Part shown: positions 1 to 8,489 of the stretch, in pieces
Layout: every line of letters begins with the position of its first letter
Numbering within the stretch: the stretch's first letter is position 1
Source: Pirellulales bacterium
Lineage (GTDB): Bacteria > Planctomycetota > Planctomycetia > Pirellulales > JAICIG01
Assembly: GCA_040901675.1 (NCBI GenBank)
Contig: JBBDYJ010000010.1
Span: forward strand, 1 to 44,110
Direction of reading: 5' to 3'
DNA length: 44,110 nucleotides
The notes under the pieces: generated by a model
What the model was told of the DNA's origin: nothing
The model's database searches: none
The model's input: the letters and a program-made list of their open reading frames with translations, nothing else
Translations under genes and position numbers: made by a program

Positions 1-9
1 CCTGGGGGT

Positions 10-327
10 ATGGGGGCAAAGCCCCCACCGAACCCACTCAAAAGTCCGAATACCCAACTAAACAACCAGCAACAAGAAGCGGTTAGAGCAGGTACGCCGG
101 TCGAAGTGTCGGACGGCTCGCGGGTTTTGTATCTCATCTCCAAGGAGCATTACGAGAGGCTGCAGGGGTTGTTAGAAGCCATGCGGAACGATGCAGATCT
201 TGCGGAGAGGATGAAATCCGCCATGTCGAAGAATGAGAATGGCCCAGGCGGAATGCAACCCCAGGTCGAGCAGATCGACCGGTCGTTTTACGAGGCAACG
301 GAAGTCCACTTGTTCGACGAACAGTGA
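10..327 (+). CDS. small hypothetical protein (start uncertain)
   Basis: The segment LNNQQQEAVRAGTPVEVSDGSRVLYLISKEHYERL resembles small planctomycete proteins. The ATG at 10 overlaps a hairpin (TGGGGGC-AAA-GCCCCCA, 11-27), so the start is doubtful. Confidence 0.5.
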   Translation: MGAKPPPNPLKSPNTQLNNQQQEAVRAGTPVEVSDGSRVLYLISKEHYERLQGLLEAMRNDADLAERMKSAMSKNENGPGGMQPQVEQIDRSFYEATEVHLFDEQ

Positions 328-375
328 GATGGCCCATCCAACAGCTCCAGCGCGCGATTCTGCCGCTCGCGGCCC

Positions 376-1554
376 TCAACCTGGCCGTCGTTCCAATTGC
401 CCACGTGGAGGATCGCCCTGTCGTGCATCCCCCGTTCCCGCCTTCCCCTCATCCCCGCTTCCGCGTGACAGCTCCTTGAGCTTGGCATAAACCACGGGGT
501 CGTCGGCGGCCCCCTTGAACGTGAAGGGGAACTCCTGGTTGTGCTTCAATAGCATCAGGCCCCAGGAGGCGCCGTTGGCCACCGAGGCTTCGGCGGCGCG
601 GGCGGCCTCGGCGGCCAGCTTGTCGTCTTCGTTGCAGACCACGGGCTTGCCCGGCCCGCCGAGCGCCCGGGCGGCGGCAATCCGATCCGGGATATCTTGT
701 ACCCTCACGCCGTTGAAATGGATCAGCAGGAAATCGCTGGCCTCGGCCACCTCTCGATCGAGCTTGCCGTCGCCAATTCCGCTGGTCGAAACCAATAGCC
801 CCGGCGCCTCCCGCCGGGCCAGCTCGATCAGCTCCGCCTGCCCCTGGGCCGTCTTGAGCAGGCGGTGGTCGAAACCGTCGTGCGGATACTCGTTGGCAAT
901 CTCCAACAGCACGTTGGTGAAACCCGACTCGCGGATCCAGCGGGCGACGTTCACCACGCCTTGCCGCACGGCCGCCTCGTCGGCCAGCACCTGGTCCTGC
1001 CGCTGATAATAGCCGCCCAAGATGACCGCGATACCCTGGCGGTCGCAGGCCTCGATGACTCGGCGGACTCGCGACAAGTACTCGCCGCGAAGCTCTCCGC
1101 TCGGCTCGAAGGCCGAGTTGACCGCTCCTTCGTAGCCCGGCATGCCGCCTTGGAGGCAGATGGTGAAGGCCCGCACGCCGTGTTCGTGGTAGTCGGCCAG
1201 CGCGGCCAGGAACTCGTCGGTGTTGGATTGCGGGTTGAAGTCGGGCCGCTTGCGGTCCTCGAACACCGCATTGACCATCCGCACGTTCAAGAGCAAGCCT
1301 TCCGCCTTCGCGCCCGGATAGGTGAGGCGGCCATTGATGTGCCACTTGCCCCCATCGATCGAGATCCTGGTCCGCGGCGCGAACCTGGCGTGGCCTGGCG
1401 CTTCGCGCGGCGGGCCGGCCTGGTTCGGCTCTCGTTGGCCCGGCTGCCCCGCGCTCGCCGGCCACCAGGCGGCCGACGCTGCAAGGGCCAGCACGATGGC
1501 CGGCAGGAGCAAGGTGAAGGCCGCGGCAAGCCGCACGGTTGAAGTCGATTTCAT
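376..1554 (-). CDS. secreted glycoside hydrolase-like (TIM barrel, clan GH-A-like) protein
   Basis: Signal peptide; NVLLEIANE acid/base-type motif; PVVCNEDD nucleophile-type strand. Confidence 0.7.
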   Translation of the reverse strand: MKSTSTVRLAAAFTLLLPAIVLALAASAAWWPASAGQPGQREPNQAGPPREAPGHARFAPRTRISIDGGKWHINGRLTYPGAKAEGLLLNVRMVNAVFEDRKRPDFNPQSNTDEFLAALADYHEHGVRAFTICLQGGMPGYEGAVNSAFEPSGELRGEYLSRVRRVIEACDRQGIAVILGGYYQRQDQVLADEAAVRQGVVNVARWIRESGFTNVLLEIANEYPHDGFDHRLLKTAQGQAELIELARREAPGLLVSTSGIGDGKLDREVAEASDFLLIHFNGVRVQDIPDRIAAARALGGPGKPVVCNEDDKLAAEAARAAEASVANGASWGLMLLKHNQEFPFTFKGAADDPVVYAKLKELSRGSGDEGKAGTGDARQGDPPRGQLERRPG

Positions 1555-1663
1555 GGCCGTCCCTCTATTATTCCGCCCGAGTGCGCGATTGGGCCGGACG
1601 AAAACACCTCGACGTCGGCATGTAGATCCTCTACCCGTTCCAAGGCCCGGTGTTGGACTAGAA

Positions 1664-2035
1664 CTAGAGGCTCAACTTCAACGGTTTTGCGGGCAACCGT
1701 TTCAGCGTCTTCGTGACGGGATCGACGACCAGGCCGGCGTTCTCCAAGGCGCCCGCGCCGAGGATCGGTTCGGTGCCCGATGGCCCAAAGATAACCTGGG
1801 CTACCGTCTCCTGGCCCATAAACGCGATGCGCGCGAAGCCGAACTCGTACTCCACCGGCTCGCCGTTGGCTAGCTCGTAGACCGCTCTTCCCTCGGGCTC
1901 GATGCGGGCCGCCGCCAGAGCCTCGTGCGGGGCCATGCAATCAATGGCACCCGTGCCCACCAGAAACTCCGCCTCGTACGGCGCGCCCTCTTTGCTCAGG
2001 CTGGTCAACCTGGCCGTCACGTGGGTCAAACCCAT
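1664..2035 (-). CDS. clan AA (retropepsin-like) aspartic protease, catalytic Asp replaced by Gly
   Basis: MGLTHV start, FLVGTGA where LVDTGA is expected, YELANGE, EPILG...LVVDPVTKTL. Confidence 0.8.
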   Translation of the reverse strand: MGLTHVTARLTSLSKEGAPYEAEFLVGTGAIDCMAPHEALAAARIEPEGRAVYELANGEPVEYEFGFARIAFMGQETVAQVIFGPSGTEPILGAGALENAGLVVDPVTKTLKRLPAKPLKLSL

Positions 2036-2109
2036 GGATTCACCACCCGATGAGACCGAAGAACAAACACCGCGGTTCAACCCTGAACATCCCCCTCAAC
2101 ATCATATCT

Positions 2110-3606
2110 TTAGCGCGGGCCGGCCACCAGGATGGTCTGACCAGCCGATACGTTGCGGCGGACGGTCGTGCTGCCATCCACGAACTTCACCACCAGGTCG
2201 ACGGCCTCGCGCTCGCCCAGTCCAAAGTGCAGTACGGGGTCGTCCTGCCCCAGATAGCCGTTGTTACCGCGGGCCTCGCGCATGCCCAACGGGCGAGCTG
2301 GCTCCCGGCCCGCCTGGTTAGCGGGGTAGATCGACGCGCGGGCGCCGAACGCGCCCGCCTGCCCCTGGGGAGAGACGAGGCGGACTTTCAACCAATGGCC
2401 GCCGCCCTTCAGATCGTTGCGGACCAGCCAGTTGCGCGATCGCTTGCAGCCGATAGCGAAGTCGAGGTCTCCGTCGCCGTCGATGTCCGCGAAGGCGATG
2501 GCCCGCGGGTCGCCGATTCCACCGACCGGCACGGAGGCTCCGGGCGTGAAGCGGCCGGTGCCGTCGTTCATATACACGTTGCCGTCGCCGGCAAAAACCA
2601 GGTCCAGGTGCCCGTTGTTGTTCAGATCGGCAAAGCCGCCCATGTAGCCGCTGGTCTCGGAGAAATCCTGGACGAACGTGAACGTGCCGCCGCCGTTGTT
2701 CGTGTAAAGATGGCCGGCGTTCCCGCTTGCCAACAGCATGTCGAGGTGACCGTCGTTGTTCACGTCGGCCATCGTGATCCCGTCGGCGGCCCGGTGCCGG
2801 ATGCCGATGGAGGCGGGATCGACGCGCGTGAAGCGGCCCCGGCCGTCGTTGCGCAGGATGTTGACGTCGCCCGTGCGGTTGGCGGCGATCACGTCGATGT
2901 GTCCGTCGCCGTCAAAATCGGCGTCGGTGGCGCCCTGGCCGCAGGGGGCCGTGGCCAGGTCGCCCGCTTCGACGGGGCTGAACCGCAACTCGCCCAGGTT
3001 GCGGTAGACCTCGTTGCGTTCGCCGGGCGGATCGTCCGAACCCAGATAGTTCGTCACGCAAAACAGGTCCAGGCGCCCGTCGCCGTCCATGTCGAACGCC
3101 AGCACGGCCCGTGTCGGCCAGGTGCGGTCGGGCGGAATCCCGCTGGCGGCGGTGACATCGGTGAACATTCCCCGGCCGTCGTTCCTGTAGATGCGGTTGA
3201 TTGCCGGGTGTTGGGGGCTGTGCCAGGTGGCGCCGTTGAACAGGTCGTAATGGCCGTTGTTATTCAAGTCGGCAAAACAGGCCCCGTGCGAGCCGCCATC
3301 GAAGTCGTCGATCCCCCGCCGTGCCGCTTCTTCTTGGAAGCGGCCGCCGCCGAGATTGCGGTAGAACAACTCCGGCATCGGGTCGTCGAAGATCATCGTG
3401 ATGTAGAGGTCCGGCAGTCCATCGCCATCGACGTCGGCGAACATCACGCCGTGCCCGCCGGTCTTGCCGCGCTCGGTCGGCCCGCCGGTCCCCGCCTCCC
3501 GCGTAATGTCGGTAAACGACAGTTCGCCGGCCGCCGAAATCGCAGCACAGGGCGACCCGACCAGCAGCGACAGAATAAGTAGATAGGGCTTGAAGCCGTG
3601 CGTCAT
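2110..3606 (-). CDS. CRTAC1-like FG-GAP/VCBS repeat protein with C-terminal ASPIC/UnbV domain
   Basis: Signal peptide from ATG 3606; repeated FADxDGDGxxDL motifs; C-terminal GYLGQDDPVLHFGLG. Confidence 0.9.
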   Translation of the reverse strand: MTHGFKPYLLILSLLVGSPCAAISAAGELSFTDITREAGTGGPTERGKTGGHGVMFADVDGDGLPDLYITMIFDDPMPELFYRNLGGGRFQEEAARRGIDDFDGGSHGACFADLNNNGHYDLFNGATWHSPQHPAINRIYRNDGRGMFTDVTAASGIPPDRTWPTRAVLAFDMDGDGRLDLFCVTNYLGSDDPPGERNEVYRNLGELRFSPVEAGDLATAPCGQGATDADFDGDGHIDVIAANRTGDVNILRNDGRGRFTRVDPASIGIRHRAADGITMADVNNDGHLDMLLASGNAGHLYTNNGGGTFTFVQDFSETSGYMGGFADLNNNGHLDLVFAGDGNVYMNDGTGRFTPGASVPVGGIGDPRAIAFADIDGDGDLDFAIGCKRSRNWLVRNDLKGGGHWLKVRLVSPQGQAGAFGARASIYPANQAGREPARPLGMREARGNNGYLGQDDPVLHFGLGEREAVDLVVKFVDGSTTVRRNVSAGQTILVAGPR

Positions 3607-3767
3607 GATCAGCCTTATGGGAAAGCAGGTCACATTGTATCGCGCATTGCCCGACAGGGCCCGCCGCCAGTCAGCCGCGGACACCGCACTGCGAGCGCAT
3701 GTCCGGCTGGGAGAGTGGACCGGGGCAGGCCGACACACAACCGACTTGTAGGGAACGACGGTCATCG

Positions 3768-3795
3768 TTGACTTGCTTAGAGTTGCGCGTATACT
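3768..3795 (+). promoter_or_regulatory. sigma70-like promoter, probably driving a leaderless mRNA
   Basis: TTGACT-16 nt-TATACT, with ATG 3803 following after a 7-nt gap and no Shine-Dalgarno sequence. Confidence 0.65.
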
Positions 3796-3802
3796 CGTCG
3801 GC

Positions 3803-4464
3803 ATGACCGTCAACGAAATCCTCGCCCGGCTTAAGTCCCTCGGCGACGACGCTCGGCGTGCCCACAACACGAAGGCTGGCGCGCCCGACAACCAGTTCGG
3901 CGTGAAACTTGGCGCCGCGCGATGGCCAAGAAGATCAAGACTGATCACGAACTCGCGCTAAATCTCTGGGACACCGGCAACGTCGAAGCGCAACTCCTCG
4001 CCACGCTCATCATCAAGCCCAAGTCGCTCTCCGCTGACGAACTCGACAAGTTGACTCGCTCCACCACCTGCGCGCAGGTGGCAGACTGGCTCAACGCTTA
4101 TGTCGTCGCACAACATCCCGAGAAGGAAGCGCTGCGTGAGAAGTGGATGATGGCGAAGGATCGCTGGACCGCCCGTGCGGGCTGGAACCTCACCGCCAGC
4201 CGCGTGAACAAGGGCGGTGACGGCCTCGACCTGCCTGCGCTGCTCGATCGCATCGAGAAAGAGATGCCGAAGGCGATGCCGGAGGTGCAGTGGACAATGA
4301 ACAACACGCTTGCCGAAATTGGCATCCACCACCCCAAGCACCGCAAGCGCGCAATCGCCATTGGCGAGAAGATCGGCCTGTACCGCGACTGGCCGGTGTC
4401 CAAGGGCTGCACTCCCCCCTATGTGCCGGTGTGGGTGGAGGCCATGGTGCATCGGCAGGGCTGA
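3803..4464 (+). pseudogene. DNA alkylation repair (HEAT-repeat, AlkD-like) protein, frameshifted near 3914
   Basis: MTVNEILARL...NQFGVKLG in one frame continues as RAMAKKIKTDHELALNLWDTGNVEAQLLA...SKGCTPPY in another frame. Confidence 0.8.
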
Positions 4465-4469
4465 GCAGA

Positions 4470-4545
4470 GCGGCGCGACACCTCATCGGAAGCTTCGGCA
4501 CGCTGGAGGAGGTCGCTGAGGCAATCATCTGCTGCGTGGCCTGGT
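4470..4545 (+). pseudogene. possible C-terminal remnant of a short-chain dehydrogenase
   Basis: ARHLIGSFGTLEEVAEAIICC resembles the SDR consensus HPIGRFGTPEEVAEAVxWL. Confidence 0.4.
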
Positions 4546-5060
4546 ACTAATTGCCGACCCCATGCCTTCAGGCGAGGAAGCTGCCGCCGACGCCGCGGCC
4601 GTCCTCCGCGCCATCCCCGACCACGTCGACGCGACCCGGATTCGCAGCTCGGCCGCGGCCGCCATCCGGACGGGTGCGCCGACTCGTCTCGCCGGAGAGT
4701 GAACTGGGCGGGCCGGCCAGCGCTCGGGCGCACGACACAGAGAATTGCAGCGCAATTGGATGATCAGAATGCCCGCGTCGCGCGAGTTTGCAATCAATAC
4801 GGACGACGAGACGACTGTGCGACGGGGTGCGTGGGGAACTAAGACTTTCGCTTCGGTCCGACACGCCGACGAGATCTCGCGGACTTAAACCGTTCCTTCA
4901 GACGTCGAGGTTCCGCGAAACCGGTGCCTGGATTTGAACTCCTGAACCTTCTTGTCACAAACAACTTGCGATGGTTGCCCCACCGTCGATCCGATTTCGG
5001 TCACGCCTTTTCGGACCCAAACCGGGGGGCTGGAGAATCGGCGCAACGCGTTGGCAGACA

Positions 5061-5100
5061 ACGAGAAAAGCCCACCGCCGCAATGGACGATGGGCTTCTT
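5061..5100 (-). terminator. intrinsic terminator-like hairpin downstream of the duplicated tRNA 3' end
   Basis: Minus strand AAGCCCATCG...CGGTGGGCTT followed by TTCTCGTT. Confidence 0.55.
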
Positions 5101-5442
5101 GTCTCTTTCAGTCGGGGCGACAGGACGCCTATTGAACTTTTTTCAGGCTCGTTTGGCGAGTGGACGAAGTCGCTAATTGCTATCGCACGAGCACTTGCGT
5201 CTTGATTGCGGAAATGCGATGCTGAAAAATGACCGGGGTCGATCAGGCAATTTGCTGGGTGGCGACGATTTGTAGCGGGCCAAGGTTGCGGGGGGATCCA
5301 CAGCATCGCTTCTTAACGCAGCTTGGCGGGCTCAATTGGCGGGATGACTGAGATGAAAGATACGCAATCCCGCAATCGGCTCTACCGATTATCCGCGTTC
5401 GCAATAACCCCCGCCCACCCGGCGACTTTCACAGGACCGAAC

Positions 5443-6498
5443 ATGACCCGCACATTCAAAAATCCGGTACGATGCAAGGCGCTCGTGGTTGTGTGCTTGC
5501 TAGCGGCGGCGCGCGGTGAATTGACATTGGCTCAGGATCTCGCGCCCGATCCGTATTTCCAACCGATCGCCGACAAGTCGTTTCCCCTGATGCCGCCGGT
5601 GATCTTGCGCAGCATCCGCGAAGATCGCGACGGCAACATCTGGTTCGCCAGTTTCGGCGGACCGATTCGGTACGACGGCAAAACGTTCACCAACTTTGCC
5701 GAGGAAGCAGGGATTGCGGGACAGCGCGTCTTTTCGCTCCTCGTCGACAAGTCTGGCGCGCTTTGGTTCGGCACGGTCCTAAGTGGCGCTTCCAGGTATG
5801 ACGGCAAATCGTTCACGCGATTCACGACGAAAGAGGGTCTTCCCGGCGACGGCGTCTTTTGGATCTTCGAAGACGAACGGGGCGACATTTGGTTCGGGAC
5901 GGACGGAGGCGTGAGCCGATATGACGGCAAGACATTTACCAACTATTCCGCTAAGGACGGCCTTCCTCACAATTCCGTCCACGTGATTCCCCAAGACCGC
6001 TCTGGAAAGCTCTGGTTCGGCACTCAAGAAGGAATCGCGTCTTACGATGGAAAAACCTTCACGAACTTCGCTGGCATCGCAGGTCGCGAATTCCAGAACA
6101 TCCGCTCGATTGTGGAAGATCAGGCGGGCAATTTGTGGTTCGGCGGGCAGTTCGGCGTCTATCGCTACGATGGCAAGACCGGAACGATGCTGACGGCGAA
6201 GGATGGACTACTCGAAGATTTCGTGGGTTCGATGATTGTCGACAAAGCGGGCAACATTTGGTTTGGACATCCGGGTGTCGGCCCGAACCCTCAGGGCGGC
6301 GCCACGCGCTATGATGGCAAGGCATTCACGCATTTCACTCAGAAGGAAGGGCTGCCTTCGGAACATACCTATTGTAATGTCTATTGCATGCTCGAAGATC
6401 GCGAGGGGCGCATCTGGTTCGGCAGCGTGGCCAACGGGGCGTCGCGATATGACGGCAAGACGTTTACGAGTTTTTCGGCAGCCCCGCCCGCGCAGTGA
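5443..6498 (+). CDS. secreted two-component regulator propeller (Reg_prop repeat) protein, stand-alone
   Basis: Signal peptide; seven repeats of the type I.EDxxGxIWFGT..G..RYDGKxFT; no kinase domain. Confidence 0.88.
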   Translation: MTRTFKNPVRCKALVVVCLLAAARGELTLAQDLAPDPYFQPIADKSFPLMPPVILRSIREDRDGNIWFASFGGPIRYDGKTFTNFAEEAGIAGQRVFSLLVDKSGALWFGTVLSGASRYDGKSFTRFTTKEGLPGDGVFWIFEDERGDIWFGTDGGVSRYDGKTFTNYSAKDGLPHNSVHVIPQDRSGKLWFGTQEGIASYDGKTFTNFAGIAGREFQNIRSIVEDQAGNLWFGGQFGVYRYDGKTGTMLTAKDGLLEDFVGSMIVDKAGNIWFGHPGVGPNPQGGATRYDGKAFTHFTQKEGLPSEHTYCNVYCMLEDREGRIWFGSVANGASRYDGKTFTSFSAAPPAQ

Positions 6499-6539
6499 TG
6501 CACCTAGCCATAGCAGTGGGCCGACACGAGGCTTTCGCT

Positions 6540-6731
6540 TCGCGGTTGGGACGTGATCGGGTATCGCAGCGTCGGGCGTGCCGTCTCCTGGGGCAGTCCC
6601 GTTCCACGCAGCGTCGCGTGCGGCAGGTCCCCGCCGACGAACCTCCGCTGGTGAAGCGAATCGTTCCACTGGCGAGCGACTACGGCCGCTATGGCTATCG
6701 CCGAGTGACGGCGCTGCTTCGGGGCGAGGGT
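6540..6731 (+). mobile_element. IS3-family transposase OrfB N-terminal fragment
   Basis: VSQRRACRLLGQSRSTQR...YGRYGYRRVTALLRGEG; no DDE domain follows. Confidence 0.85.
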
Positions 6732-6899
6732 TCCCGAGGGTTGTTCGGAGGGTGCAGCGTGAGAGTGTTGGCTGGATTTGAACCCGCCAACTTGAGGAGA
6801 CAAAGCGAGTTACCGCAGCACGGCCTTCGTCGAGCTCAAAGCCCCCCGGCGAGTTGAACTTTTCGGCTAGCCTGCGAAGCAGCGCAAAGCCTTGCCCCC

Positions 6900-6941
6900 A
6901 AACGAGAAACGGCTCATCGCAATCGAATGCGACGAGCCGTT
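6900..6941 (-). terminator. intrinsic terminator after tRNA-Pro
   Basis: Minus strand AACGGCTCGTCGCA-loop-TGCGATGAGCCGTT followed by TCTCGTTT. Confidence 0.7.
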
Positions 6942-6951
6942 CAATTTTTAG

Positions 6952-7026
6952 TCGGGGCGACAGGATTTGAACCTGCGACCTCTTGACCCCCAGTCAAGCG
7001 CGCTAGCCAGGCTGCGCCACGCCCCG
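6952..7026 (-). tRNA. tRNA-Pro(GGG)
   Basis: CGGGGCG/CGCCCCG acceptor stem, anticodon arm CTTGA-CTGGGGG-TCAAG, GGTTCAAATCC T-arm; CCA not encoded. Confidence 0.97.
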
Positions 7027-7221
7027 CATGCTGCGAGTATCGCAGATCAGCCCGCCCCTTTCAAGCCGCTTACGGGGCGACTCGGCCGCGAGAAAACACC
7101 TCCTGATGCACGCCATCATGGCCATCGTTACCCGCGACGGAACAATGTGCTTACGCCACGACCACCTACCCCTTCCCCCTGAAAGTCGGCATCGGGAGGA
7201 GGGCCCCGGTTATGGCAAATA

Positions 7222-7249
7222 TTGACAAAAAACAAGCCCACAATAGAAT
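7222..7249 (+). promoter_or_regulatory. sigma70 promoter of the toxin-antitoxin operon
   Basis: TTGACA-16 nt-TAGAAT, then a GGAGA ribosome-binding site before ATG 7286. Confidence 0.7.
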
Positions 7250-7285
7250 GGGTGGAATCAGAGGCCAACGATTGGAGAACGGCTC

Positions 7286-7534
7286 ATGGGCACCACGCTG
7301 AACTTGTCGTTGACAGACGAACTTCGGGCCTTCGTCGATCAGAACTCCGGGGATGGCACGCTGTACGCCACGCCGAGCGAGTTTGTCCGGGACGTGCTTC
7401 GGGAAAAGAAAGAGCGACTCGAAGCCGCCCAGATCCGCGACGCCATCCTTGAAGGCTATCAGGATGTCCTCAACGGACGCACCCTGCCCTATCGCGGCGA
7501 CCTGCGACAGTTGTTGAAGAAAGCAGCCGATTGA
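7286..7534 (+). CDS. parD: ParD-like ribbon-helix-helix antitoxin
   Basis: TLNLSLTDELRAFVDQ...LYATPSEFVRDVLRE; overlaps the toxin start. Confidence 0.82.
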   Translation: MGTTLNLSLTDELRAFVDQNSGDGTLYATPSEFVRDVLREKKERLEAAQIRDAILEGYQDVLNGRTLPYRGDLRQLLKKAAD

Positions 7535-7923
7535 GTGCCCGTAAGAAGCACTCCCAGACGGCCGCGGTCGTCCTGACCGAGCGTGCGCTCTCGGACCTCC
7601 GCGAGATCGAACGCTTCTCGATCAAGGAGTGGGGTCGAAAGACGGCTGACAAGTATCTCGACGCCATCGCCGCGGCCCTCTACCGGCTCAAGCAAGACCC
7701 TGCGATTCTCAGTCTCGAACCGGGCTTTGCGCCCGGTCTGTTCTTTTATCGAGTGCGGAAACACTTTCTCGTCTGCGATTTCGACGGGCAGCTTATCTCC
7801 GTGCTGACCATCCTCCATACCAGCATGGATCTTCCCACGAGACTGGCTGAGTTGGAGCCGCAACTCATAGCTGAAGCGCAGTTTCTCCATGACAAGCTAC
7901 GGAAAAGATCGAAGTCGGACTGA
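7531..7923 (+). CDS. parE: RelE/ParE family toxin
   Basis: LTERALSDLREIERFSIKEWG...ADKYL...ILHTSMDL. Confidence 0.85.
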   Translation: MSARKKHSQTAAVVLTERALSDLREIERFSIKEWGRKTADKYLDAIAAALYRLKQDPAILSLEPGFAPGLFFYRVRKHFLVCDFDGQLISVLTILHTSMDLPTRLAELEPQLIAEAQFLHDKLRKRSKSD

Positions 7924-7953
7924 GAAGAAAACAACTTCTTCCCAGCAGGGCAG

Positions 7954-8286
7954 GCCGTTGCGGCACATGTCCCACTCCCCCACCGCGCAATTCGGGCAGG
8001 GCACCGGGTCGGGTCGACGAACGATCCCCACGACCAGATCTCCTGGCACAAGCCCGTTGTTCGATGGCGATTCGAGTACCCGCCCGAGCGACTCATGTCC
8101 GAGAATCAGTCGCTCTTGTCCCGGCGGAGGACGCCCATAGAGGCCCTCGATGATTTCCCGATCCGTGCCACAGACTCCGAAGGCCAGAGCCTCAACCAGG
8201 ACAGGCCCGTTTTTGACAGGCGGTTCGGAAACCTCGTCCAGGCGTACAGAACCGCGCTTTCCAGGAACAGCGGTCAGAGCATGCAT
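7954..8286 (-). pseudogene. truncated Zn-dependent glucose 1-dehydrogenase (MDR family), N-terminal third
   Basis: GVCGTDREI, LILGHESLG and CPNC...DMCRNG, then an abrupt loss of similarity next to parE. Confidence 0.85.
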
Positions 8287-8489
8287 GACAGGGCTTCCTC
8301 CAGGCTAATGAGAGCGTGCGGCGGTCTTGACCCGGCAGCGCAACCGCTTGCGAGTCAGGTCCGTTGACTCTCGACCGGGCGGCTCCGCTCGGCCATCATG
8401 ACAGGAGGCGCGGTGAGCATCGCCGCATAGGTCCCGCGGCGCGGGCCGGAACCCGATCATCTGTCAACCAGCCAACGTAGGAGACAATC

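Larger units (their letters stand above)
5110..6965. mobile_element. integrase-less mini genomic island at the tRNA-Pro 3' end
   Basis: 16-bp direct repeat AGTCGGGGCGACAGGA at 5110-5125 and 6950-6965 (tRNA 3' end); cargo is a propeller gene and an IS3 remnant. Confidence 0.7.

Noticed and set aside
2050..3582. 510-aa plus-strand ORF
   Set aside because: It is the antisense shadow of the FG-GAP gene, as expected with high GC3.
6760..6795. Additional tRNA suggested by GGGTTCAAATCC on the minus strand
   Set aside because: No D arm or anticodon arm can be folded; it is treated as part of the island arm.
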